Shown here: positions 40,761 to 51,369 of the stretch, piece after piece
Layout: every line of letters begins with the position of its first letter
Numbering within the stretch: the stretch's first letter is position 1
Assembly: GCA_043228905.1 (NCBI GenBank)
Contig: JBHGNT010000021.1
Location: 372,001 to 436,000 of the forward strand
Length of the DNA: 64,000 bases
Direction: 5' to 3'
Origin: Azolla caroliniana
Taxonomy: Eukaryota; Plantae; Polypodiophyta
Program-made: the position numbers and the translations under genes
The notes under the pieces: generated by a model
Seen by the model: the letters and a program-made list of their open reading frames with translations, nothing else
The model's database searches: none
Told to the model about the DNA's origin: nothing

Positions 40761-41401
40761 GTCAAAGCTCATGTACATTTTCCAAACAAAATTTCATGCA
40801 TGCACATTACCAAAGAATAATTATACTTCCCTGTGGGTAGGTAAATTAAAGTGATGTAAAGCCTGAAATGAATTTGGAGAGCCTAGCCGGCAAGGCATGT
40901 GAACATCAATTGGTTGGCCATAAAATGGCTTCAAAAGTTCATATATTGACATAACAACTTACAAACTTGCAAACCACTTCTCACATTAAGGAAATGGCAA
41001 CTAAACTTTAAAACGTTTAGACTAATCCATATCTACTCATAATACCAGGGATCTCACACCTAGCAATGAGAATGGGAAAAAAATGTTACTTCAATCACCC
41101 CAGGTTCCACAATTGTGTGTTGAAGTTAGATGCTAATACATTCAAATTTTAGAAGTTAGTAAGCATCGACCAATCATTTTAGCAGTTAGTAAGTATAAAG
41201 TTGATTGCCGATATCGTCTTCTGAAGTGAACCATGATCGACCGAAGCAAGACAGTGCCCATGTTCCACTTCCTCACTCGGGTGCTAACGATAAGGTGAAT
41301 GGGTTTAGTGTTACCAAAATTATGGCTGGTTAGGGTACTCATAAAAGAGCAACTAAAGAATGAATGAATGAAATGAAATGGAAATGGAAATAGGTCACTT
41401 G

Positions 41402-43648
41402 TCAATTGTGAGGTTTAGAGATCCATGACTTTTGTCCAAAGCCCAAGTGTCCTAGCAAAACCCACAGATGGCTAAGCAGCTCGCCGCCCTTTGCCAGTTG
41501 CTCAGCATGAGGGTGTGCATTCTCGGCGATGGCAATGTAGATGATAATGTCCACCCAAACTTCCATCAAAAGACTCCACCTTCTCTCCGATTCCGGCCAC
41601 TTCTCCAAGATCCGCCGGCCCAGCCCAATACCCGACACCAGAATGCCATTCACCGCCTCGTCTTCTTCCGCATCTTCATCCCGCCCTGCCACCATCAATG
41701 ATGATATATCATAATCCCTCACCATTGTCATCTCTATCATCTGCGGATGTCGCCTGAATGCACCGCCTAGTTTTCTCACCAATCCATCATAGAGGGGTTT
41801 GCAAAGGTCGGGATCTGCTGGGGTCAACCCAGTGGACTCCACTAGCAAATAGAGACAATATCTCGATAGCGCAACACTCATCTTCACTGCTTCCGTTTCA
41901 ATCCTAACTGCTGACCCACGGCCCGAGAGGATGAGTTCCATCTCGCAAACGCTCGTGGCTAAGTGCCAGCTCAGCACCGCCTCCTCAAGGCCAGAATCGC
42001 TCGAAGCCGAGAATTCGGGCCCGATTTGTGACCCCTGGCCTCCGAATGGGAACCTTACACTCCTCGCAATCACATCCCTTTTCGAGGCCAAATTCTCGAC
42101 GGTGATGTCTGCGAATTTCCGTGCCATCTTCTCAAACAATTGATAGTGGATATCGCCTGCATTCACATCTACAATGTAGAGGATCTCGTTACGTTTCCTC
42201 CTCATTTCCATCACAAGGTGAATGTCGAACGTCGTCATCCAGTTCCACATCCATGGTGCTGACAAGGCAGCCATGCCATCGACTACCACTGAGCGTTGCC
42301 CGATCCTCTCATGCCAGCATTTCTGCTTCGAGGGGTCGCCGACATACCAGAAGGCACCTTTCAGTACCCTTACATTGAACTCATGGAAGGCGGTTAGGCA
42401 ATCATTATTCCTCCGCGAGAGCGCTCGTCTCTTCTCGGTGATGTAGGAGCAAGCTAGCCAGACTCGGGTCCAGTTAGATCTCACCATCTTATAGGCTTGC
42501 AAGCATTCAACTCCAAAGGAGACAATCACTAGCAAGATGGTCATGGCACCAGCAAAGCGAACATTCGGGGTAGATGTCGAGCCATCTGATCCTCCTTCAC
42601 AAGCAATCTTAGCAACATCCCCTGCTAGCAAATCGACGGCACATACAAAGAGCAAGAGAATGCTCAAGCCTCGAGTGGCAATCCCAATCCCTTGAAACCA
42701 ACCCCCCGCCGCCCCCTTGGTGAAAGTCCCGTCAAAGATGAAGCTCAACTCCATATCGATTACTTTCATGATTCTCAAGGGGCTGGGTTCTCCCCGTCCG
42801 CGCGGGAAGAAGACCCTCTTCACCTTCTCGTAATCCTCGTCTTTGTGGTGGATGCGGAGGTTCGTGAGGCGGCGGCGGTAGATCTTGAAGAGTGCGAACG
42901 CGAGGCACACATCATTGATGTACCTCGCAGCCCTTCGAAGCTCCCTGCATTGCACAACATCCTCATATGTCACAAGAGATGTGTTCTCGGCGTTGAAATT
43001 GGGACGAAACTTGTTTTGCTTGTACCATGAAGCTTCACCTGACACTACCAGGCGATGGATATGGTTCTCATCCATTTCAGAGCCATGGCCATGGTCCAAG
43101 GCCATGAATCGGTAAACAGAGCGTGAGCACCTCACGACTTGGTTGGCACTTCCGCACCAGAGTGCGTGGACCCTCTCCAGATACTTGAACGCTCCGATGA
43201 TGAATATCAAGGATGCTGTGCCCAAGAATTTGGTACAATTCCCGGACCTGCTGAGAATGTAGGCCGCACCGATGATCTCAAGCGTCATCTTTAAGCTGTG
43301 TCTCTGCCATAGCTCATTGTCAGAGGGTGAGTAGGCGTTGATCGAATCTGAGGCCCCGAGATGGAAGAGGAGGATGGGTGCCCAAAGCGAAAAGACATGG
43401 TCGCAGCCACCGGCCAACATGAGGCCGATGGCGTAGGCAGACAGGGCATCGAGACCGATGAAGGAGATCCAGATGAGGGAGTGGAAGAGGGGGTGAGCGG
43501 TGCGCTTACGGAAGAATCCTGAGAAGACGAGGAAGAGTTGGAAGGTCATTGTGAAGAGCATGATGATGGTGATTTGCCATTGTTTTAGGGTTTGCAGGAA
43601 ATTCTCGAGGGTCTTCCGGCTTGTGCTGCCGGAGCAGCTGGAGTCCAT
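41402..43648 (-). CDS. DUF4220/DUF594 multi-pass membrane protein (intronless, 748 aa)
   Basis: N-terminal TM block with WAPILLFHLGASDSINAYSPSDNELWQRH, GAFKYLERVHALW and IDMELSFIFD..FTK. C-terminal LSWHLATSVC, LSRYCLYLLV and HAEQLAKGGELLSHLWVLLGHLG (DUF594). Confidence 0.93.
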   Translation of the reverse strand: MDSSCSGSTSRKTLENFLQTLKQWQITIIMLFTMTFQLFLVFSGFFRKRTAHPLFHSLIWISFIGLDALSAYAIGLMLAGGCDHVFSLWAPILLFHLGASDSINAYSPSDNELWQRHSLKMTLEIIGAAYILSRSGNCTKFLGTASLIFIIGAFKYLERVHALWCGSANQVVRCSRSVYRFMALDHGHGSEMDENHIHRLVVSGEASWYKQNKFRPNFNAENTSLVTYEDVVQCRELRRAARYINDVCLAFALFKIYRRRLTNLRIHHKDEDYEKVKRVFFPRGRGEPSPLRIMKVIDMELSFIFDGTFTKGAAGGWFQGIGIATRGLSILLLFVCAVDLLAGDVAKIACEGGSDGSTSTPNVRFAGAMTILLVIVSFGVECLQAYKMVRSNWTRVWLACSYITEKRRALSRRNNDCLTAFHEFNVRVLKGAFWYVGDPSKQKCWHERIGQRSVVVDGMAALSAPWMWNWMTTFDIHLVMEMRRKRNEILYIVDVNAGDIHYQLFEKMARKFADITVENLASKRDVIARSVRFPFGGQGSQIGPEFSASSDSGLEEAVLSWHLATSVCEMELILSGRGSAVRIETEAVKMSVALSRYCLYLLVESTGLTPADPDLCKPLYDGLVRKLGGAFRRHPQMIEMTMVRDYDISSLMVAGRDEDAEEDEAVNGILVSGIGLGRRILEKWPESERRWSLLMEVWVDIIIYIAIAENAHPHAEQLAKGGELLSHLWVLLGHLGFGQKSWISKPHN

Positions 43649-43823
43649 ACGACAACGGGAAGCAAGACGGTAAGGAGGACATGAATGTGTGTGTGTGTGT
43701 GTGTGTGTGTGTATTGAGACAGAGACAGAGACAGAGAGATGGACTTTGGATAGGATTGGATTTGAGTTAAATTGCGTAAGATCCAGAGAAGAACATCAGA
43801 TATTCCATTGGCTCTTCTTGCGT

Positions 43824-43876
<53 letters not shown>

Positions 43877-44205
43877 TCAAACAGACAGACAGACAGACAC
43901 CATTTTTCCTCTAGCTCTCTTGCTCCATGATTTCATCTCTGCGGTACCGCCACATTTGGCAGCACAGAGCACAGACATTCCTCATTCGCCCCATTTCCCA
44001 AAGGTCTTACTTACATACAGGATTCGATATCGGAATGTATTCCTCTGTCTGCCTTCTGTGTAATTGATTGTTTTCATCTGCGAGTAAAAAGATTGAAATA
44101 AGGGCCTGCTTATTATCGTTACATGCTTATTTTAACCTAAGCTAAATTGTCCAATAAAGCCTCTACCCTAATTATATTCTAGATAGCAAAATGGAATCCA
44201 ATATT

Positions 44206-44320
44206 TTTAGTACTTGTGGGCCGTATGGCCTAGGCAAGGAGTGTGAGCGTATAACCTTCGGCGGTTGGATAGTTAGGGTAAATAGTATGGTACCTAAAGA
44301 ATAGTATAAAAGAGAGTAGT
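44206..44320 (-). repeat. Inverted copy of pLTR distal segment 46489-46603
   Basis: Reverse-complement match over 115 bp with 4 mismatches by manual comparison. Confidence 0.92.
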
Positions 44321-44362
44321 CCCCTTCCGCCCACGCCATAAAAAATCCAATAGTAATAGACC

Positions 44363-46155
44363 ATGAAAAAAGTTTTGGAAACCACTTAGTGCTACCCTTC
44401 GAATAGAAAGTAAAATTCACAATTTATCTAAACACCCCCTCACAAATAATGAAACACAATTGCTAAGCTTAAGACTCAAATACATTCAACCATCCTCTCT
44501 ACCTTCCACTAATACTATCATTAAAGAATTTGCTAGTTTAAGTAGATCTTTACGTTTAAAACATTTCTTTAGAGACATGGACTCACCCCCCCTTAATCCA
44601 TTTAAACTACCAAATCCTAACTGGAATCCACCATCTCAATATCCCCCTCTTGAAAATATTATAAAAAAACATGAAACCCTCCTTTTGTCTAAACTCCAAC
44701 AACCTAAACCCAAACCCGTTAGGACACCATTTCACCTTCGCACAACCCTTAAGAGCCTTAGGAAAAACAACCAAATTATCGTTCTTCCGGCTGATAAGAA
44801 CATGGGAGTATGTGTTCTAGACAAACATACCTATTATGAAAAAGCTATAAACCACCTCTTGGATACCACCACCTATAGAAAAGTAACCCATTTTCCATTA
44901 GAAGAACTCTTATATAGCCTAAATAGTATAGTGCAAAAAAAATCTAGGGACACTTTCCTTTATCGAAGCTAATTACATACTCCATAAACCTGTAAAGGGA
45001 TATCAAGTATCTAATATTTACTTTCTCCCTAAACTCCATAAAACACCCATTAGCTTTAGACCCATCTGTTCTTATAATAACTCGATATTCGAGCAAACCT
45101 CGAAATGGCTACATTTTCAACTATTACCCATCCTAGTACTCCAAAAACAATACCTAAAAGACTCACACTCACTCATCCAAAAACTAGAACAACTAACCCC
45201 CCCTCCTAACAGTTTCATCTTCTCTTTTGATGTAGAATCCCTTTATCCTAGCATCCCCCCTAAGTTAGGACTCAAAGCACTTTGCCATATCATCTCTCCC
45301 CATTTTTCCTTAGCCAAGACCAATCTTATCTATACCCTTAGCGCTCTAACCCTAGAGTATCACTATCTAACCTTCGATAATCAAGTATACCAACAAATCA
45401 AAGGAACGGCCATGGGTAGCAACTTCTCAGTTGTCTATGCATGCCTTTTCTTATCACACCTAGAAAACTCACAAACCACACCCCATCTCTTCTATTTTAC
45501 TAGGTACATAGATGATGCATTCAGGGTTTGGACAGGTACGAAACCCCAACTCTTAGACTACCTCAGTATCTATAGCCTTATGACCAATAACTCTATTAAA
45601 CTTACGATCCATACATCCCCCACTAAGTTCCCTTTCTTGGATATTTGGATCAATCTAGAGAACTCTAAGTTCTCGTTCAATTGTTTCCAAAAACCATTAA
45701 ATTCCTATCAATATCTTCCCTTCTCCTCAGACCATCCCATACACGTCAAACAAAATTTTATTTCGAACGAATTAAAACGCTACCTAGTTAGAGAAAGCAC
45801 ACCTATAGGGTACCTAGAAATGAAAAAGCGTTTCTTCCTTAGACTCATTAGCCGAGGTTACCCACCAAATTTCATCCTTAAAGCCTTTAATAAACATCCT
45901 TTCTCCCTTAGGAATACTCTCATCCATAAGCATAAAAACAAATCTTCCCTTACACCTACCATATTCAAGCTTAGGTACTCTAAAAACTCCCCTAAATTAG
46001 GTATCCACTCGTTTTTAAAAGACTTACACGCCGACCTTAGCCTAGATCCCCAACTAAAAAACATTCCTAAGCCCTTCATATGTTGGACCAAGTCCAAATC
46101 ACTCTATTCTTATCTAGTCAAAACTAAATATATTAGATCCCCAAATCCCCATTAA
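44363..46155 (+). pseudogene. PLE reverse transcriptase (~595 aa), broken only by apparent +1 A in homopolymers (44366-44371; 44935-44942)
   Basis: Motifs NLSKHPLT..E..LL...LKY.P, VLPADKNMG, IYFLPKLHK...RPI, FDVESLYPSIP, QQIKGTAMGS, YFTRYIDD, FLDI, KP.NSYQYLPFSSDHP, ELKRY and RGYP. The frame 44941-46155 has no internal stop, and no GIY-YIG follows. Confidence 0.88.
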
Positions 46156-46353
46156 AACATCACACTTACTATTGCTATCATTCTACTAGAACTAAATATA
46201 ATAGATCCCCAAATCATCCCTTACCATCAAACTCATTAAGCTATCCCTCTCTACATTCACTACCTCCCTAACTCCCACATCCTCCTTTATACACATTCAA
46301 ATCCCCTCTCATCCATCCCCACCACTCCCCTTCACTCTTCTTACATCTTCCCC

Positions 46354-46360
46354 TATATAA
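46354..46360 (+). promoter_or_regulatory. TATA box of the PLE pseudo-LTR
   Basis: cccTATATAAgcc lies ~30 nt upstream of the hammerhead stem I. Confidence 0.55.
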
Positions 46361-46382
46361 GCCTCTCACATTTTTTGTATAT

Positions 46383-46435
46383 GGTCTTTAGCACTGATGA
46401 GCTCATATAGAGCGAAACATGTTTGCCAAAAGACC
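46383..46435 (+). ncRNA. Minimal type-I hammerhead ribozyme
   Basis: GGUCUUUAGCA-CUGAUGA-GCUC(AUAUA)GAGC-GAA-AC(AU)GU-U-UGCCAAAAGACC. It has the complete CUGANGA and GAAA core, a 4-bp stem II, a palindromic ACAUGU stem III, and stem I formed by GGUCUUU/AAAGACC plus GCA/UGC. Predicted cleavage is after GUU at 46423. Confidence 0.9.
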
Positions 46436-49199
46436 TTTTCTTACATAAATTGAAATTTGAATTCTCTCTCTCTCTCTTCTCCTCCCCTACTACTCTCTTT
46501 TATACTATTCTTTAGGTACCATACTATTTACCCTAACTATCCAACCGCCAAAGGTTATACACTCGCACTCCTTGCTTAGGCCATACGGCCCACAAGTACT
46601 AAAGATTCTCCTACAAAAGCTATAAAATGTATGGTGGCCAAATCTGGTCTTCTGAAATCCCCACTTTGAATATTATGTATGACTTCATGTATAAGGCACA
46701 ATGTTTACCATCTTATTTTCATAAAGTTGTCTAAGACCCAAGATGTCATAATCGTAATGGGCCTCACACCATACAACTTTGCTTTCACGATAACAAGAGA
46801 TTAGGCATCAAAGACCAATAAGAAATGATTGTGTTATACATCATATGAGAAAACTTAGAAGTGACAAATTATTGCTTATACATCATGGCATCTTGTTATT
46901 GAAATTCATATATGTATGTATGTACATATAATGGTAACAATCAGAGCTTTGCCACATATTACTTCGATCATTTAATGTCATCATCATCAAAACTTGCACA
47001 AATACAGATGAAACATGGTTTACAAAAGGTGAAAAAAGCATAGTATGTAATCAAACTTCTAGACAAACAAAACTTCAAACTAGACATGGCACATAGCCCA
47101 ACTTACAAAAGAAATTCATCCCTAAACCTTGAGTTTGCTTGACTTCAAGAACGTGTTCAGCACAACCAAAACAAATAATCTCACAATCTATTTTGTGGTA
47201 ACTAAGCTCACAAACAAGCATGATGGAGAGTGGCAGTGCCTCATTATCGTATGAATATCCAAACACACCTCAATTAGTTAAACAAAGCTACCCCATCTGT
47301 AATATGGAAATTTGTTGAATGTAAAAGTCTGCCAAAAAATATTTTTATAATAAAATATGTTGTTGACATTTGAGCTGCATTTTGTCAAAATCAACATATG
47401 ACAACCAACTTCTAGAGGAATTTTAACCGGCATTCTTTTGGTCAAGCATGAAGATCAATATACAACCCCTGCACTAAGCAAACAAGTCCATCTTTTGGAT
47501 TTGCCACCAACTCTCTCAAGTAGATTGTTGTAACCTTTATCCAGTGAAAATTTGTCATTTGTCAGTGTAAGAATTCGACAACTATCACGCATTCGAACAA
47601 TCATCATTAACCATCTTGTATGTTGACAATTACGATTCTCTTTCTTCCTATGAGGAGAATTGTGTGAATATAGAGCCTGAGCTAGACAAATAACTGACTT
47701 TCCAAACAGCAGCTTGATAAAAACATTGCACAATTGGCTTGCATATATCTAATGTTTGCCACATTATGCTTCTAGCCATATGAAGCAAAACGATTTTACA
47801 AAGAAAATGTTGTGAGCGTAAGTGCTTGAACTTGACCTTTAAAATATGTGAATCTCCAGGGTGAGCATGCCGCTGAAGAACATTATCACAAAGTATGAAC
47901 GTCATGAGTCAATACATCACTTTCAAATTGCAAATAATGTGCAGGTGAGCTACGACAGAAAGAAAATGAAGAAATTGCAGGTGACCAGAAGGGAGTAAGA
48001 GCAAAGAGGAGAGGAGGTTTAAGGTGATGGAACACCCGTCATGAGGCAAGGCCAAAAATTGTTATTAGGAGTTGATACTGTCTTACACTTTCAGCATGAA
48101 ATAGAGATGACGACGATAAGGACGCATAGCGAAGGGCCCATTTTCCATCTGAGCTCTTATACCCCAATCAATCATACCACCACAGTGACCACTTTCATAA
48201 AATAGTGTGAATTATTTTTACGTGTGGCTCTTTATATCTGTTTCCTTTTGACAAGTCATTTATCATGAAATATCCTACTTTGTATGATGTTATGTACAAA
48301 GATTGTGCCTTTTCTTTCACCCATTAATATTTCTTCATGAGTGGCAATATTACCTTCATTAATTTTGCAGACACACCTTTTACAACTGCCTTGATATCAA
48401 AGTCTTGATCGCTGGGTCTATATGGTTGCTCCCAACAGGAAGGAAACGAGGGCATGTGTTCAAATGCATTAAATCAATCTGTCACTCAAAATAAATTATA
48501 AGCCCTGGCAACACAAAATTCGGCAATACTTACATATTGTAGTAGCAGTTGGAAAAAGTCTAATTTTGGCTGATAAATGTTAAAAAATAGCTAGATTTTA
48601 ACCCTATATGACAAAAAGTCTTCATAATGCATTCTACGTTCAAATTTAGAGGATATTAGCTTCAGAACACATCCAATTAACAAAGGTGGTTGAAAAAATC
48701 TGAATAGTACAAAAACATGACCAGGTAGTAAACGAACCATTTTGATTCAAGCCACATGCGTTCTTTCTTGTCTTCATTGAATCAACAAAATATATGTGCT
48801 TATGACATAAGCTTATAGAAGAGAATGATCACCTTAGAAAGAATATACATTCACAAAAATGTGAAAAATAGTACTCATGCATAGTAATTTAGGCTGGTCC
48901 TTTTTTTCGCTTGAACCTGGATTATACCCTCATGCATAACCTACAAGCAACCATAGAATTTATTATATGAAATAGCATTGATCCAGTGCTTAGTAGATAG
49001 CTCTAAAGTTTATTCAAACAAGATACATAGAAACATAGATATCTCTTTAGCGTCCATAATAAGGCCAATGTTGACCCATGGATGTGAGTGCACAAGTTTT
49101 CCTAAGAAGGGAAATGTGTGAATAAGGCATCACATACGAGCTCAACCTTCTAGGCAGTGTCTGAAGTATCACACTCAAGTTGGCATCCCCTCTTGATAT

Positions 49200-51300
49200 A
49201 TCATCATATGCTCACTATGTAAAAATCAAGTGACATTCATCCTCTACTAAGCCTTCACACATACCTTACATGCCTTTATATTTGACACATTTTGATGCCA
49301 TAATGCAACTCCAATACCTAGCTTGTGTGATCAAGTACGAAGAAATATGAAGGCTCTACAAGATTAACACTCGTGTTGGCAATGAGATAAGGTTGAATAC
49401 GATCGATAGTTATTTTTGCCTTAATACCGAACCCAATACTCAAATTTGATGTTTACAATGTAAAATTCTAGTTTTGTCATGTTAGCATCTTCCCACTTCT
49501 TTCTTCGCGGTTCCATTAACCTTTCTACAATAACTACATGTTAACATCACTTGAAAGCTCTACGAGATCTTCCACACTTCATATTTCGAACCATTTTTTG
49601 ATGTCAAATACCTAGCCAGATGACTATTTACGAAAAGGGTAGCAACGAGCTCATGTCACACTATCACCACTTTTGTTTTTCCCTGTTTACAATTAGTCCA
49701 CTCCTAGTAGACTTTGCATGGCAATAACATCATATGTAAATATAACCATTTCATTTGCATATAAAAGCAATAACATAACTAGTTGCATAAGTTTTGGGGC
49801 ATCTAATCCTTCTTCTTTTTTAATGTTCCCATTATCAATCCCTAAAGCAAAGAGTGTAAGTGGTGGTACATATCCTTCCTTAACCCCCACATTACTAAAT
49901 ATTCTAAGATCCATTGTCAGTTTTAGTTAGCAATAGCAACTTGAAACTCTGATGGCATGTCCATTTCCACCATTTAATTCCATATCTCACTTTGTGATAT
50001 TGTATCACAAGCTCTTTTTCAAATCAATAAAATAGCAACAAGATGTTTTTTCATTGTAGTCAACTTTCGTCCATAGCTACTCTAAAATTAACCAAATGAT
50101 TCATAAGAGAATCTTCTTGTCTAAAACCTGCTTGCCCAATTGCTCCTTTGTTTCTACTATCAGCCAATGCACTTATCTTCTGCTCCATGATAGTACTATA
50201 CAATTTAGCCATAGTTGAGCTCAGCATGATTATGCCATAATGTGAAACTTGATTCATATCTCTTACTTTGATATTGACTTCTTCTTCTTTTTCTTGAGCC
50301 TGAGCCAATCATTCGACAAACCTTGTTTAATAGCTTGATCTATAATGATCATTATCAATGACAAGTATGTGGCCTTGTCCCTTTTAAGAGCTCACTTGTA
50401 ATAAGAGTTACATATGCAACTCTTCCATTAGCTATCTTTTTGTTCCCTTATTGACATCTCTTATATCAATGCACATACTACAATGTGTTTCAATGTTCTC
50501 AACGGTAAGAGATCACATCCCTTCATTTATGCACAATTTACCACACTTCCTCCACCTCAAGCCAGTACCATGCAAGAAATTTGTGAAAGGTAAATCATTT
50601 ATAACATTTAAGACAATCAAGTTCGTGTCATCAACCATACGAATAAGAATCGTTTCATAATTTACACTTCTTTGAGTCACGAAATGGACAAGTATCCATT
50701 ACATTGTCTTCTAATGACTCCATATTTTGTTTTTTTTTCCAAAACTCGCATTAAAATCTCCTATAATCAACACTCGACAAAGCTTCTTAAGATAAGTATA
50801 TCTTGAACTAAGTCTATGAAATGATCATATTATTCCAACCCAAATCTACTATACTGGTTTGACTCTTTATGACTGATTTTACAAACAACTATATAGAGCT
50901 CCTCTTTCCCTAAATTAACCTTTGTCCACAAGTATCGATTCTAATCATCGCATTTACATAGTTTTATAAAATTATCTAAGCTCTCATTATACATACATGC
51001 TACCCTTGTACGTTCAATATTCCCTTTGGAGTTAGGGCATATCGCTTTTATAAGGTGACCATCTATTTTATGTATGTCTTTTTCCTTATGCTTCTAAGTT
51101 TCAACCAAAAACATAACCATGCACTGAGCTGCATCACTTTGTCCCAATCCATTATGCCATAGATATCATCTAGAGGTCCAAAACATGCTTCCCATACTTG
51201 AGGTATGTGTAGTCCCATATATCATCACATGTTATTCATTTTGAATTCCTTTCTTAAGCCCATATGCTTGCCTTCTATGTTACTTACTCTCTTTTGAAGT
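49200..51300 (-). mobile_element. Decayed RTE-like LINE (EN+RT remnants)
   Basis: IMLSSTMAKLYSTIMEQ, GQAGFRQ, GVKEG..PPLTLF, LLLLYANEMVI; stops and frameshifts throughout. Confidence 0.75.
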
Positions 51301-51369
51301 TTGATCGGATCTTTCGATACAAACAAGAAAGTAGCAAACAAGCATATGCACCTACAAAGGAATTCAAAA

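Larger units (their letters stand above)
44206..46603 (+). mobile_element. Penelope-like retroelement (PLE), endonuclease-less as seen, with 3' pseudo-LTR and 5' inverted partial pLTR
   Basis: PLE RT ORF, a hammerhead ribozyme in the 3' pLTR, and a 115-bp inverted repeat (44206-44320 / 46489-46603). Confidence 0.9.

Noticed and set aside
44166-44280. ccctaa/ttaggg motifs near the PLE as telomeric repeats
   Set aside because: Isolated single hexamers, not a TTTAGGG array.
47075-48000. Short minus-strand ORFs as exons of another gene
   Set aside because: No recognisable motifs and no consistent splice chain.
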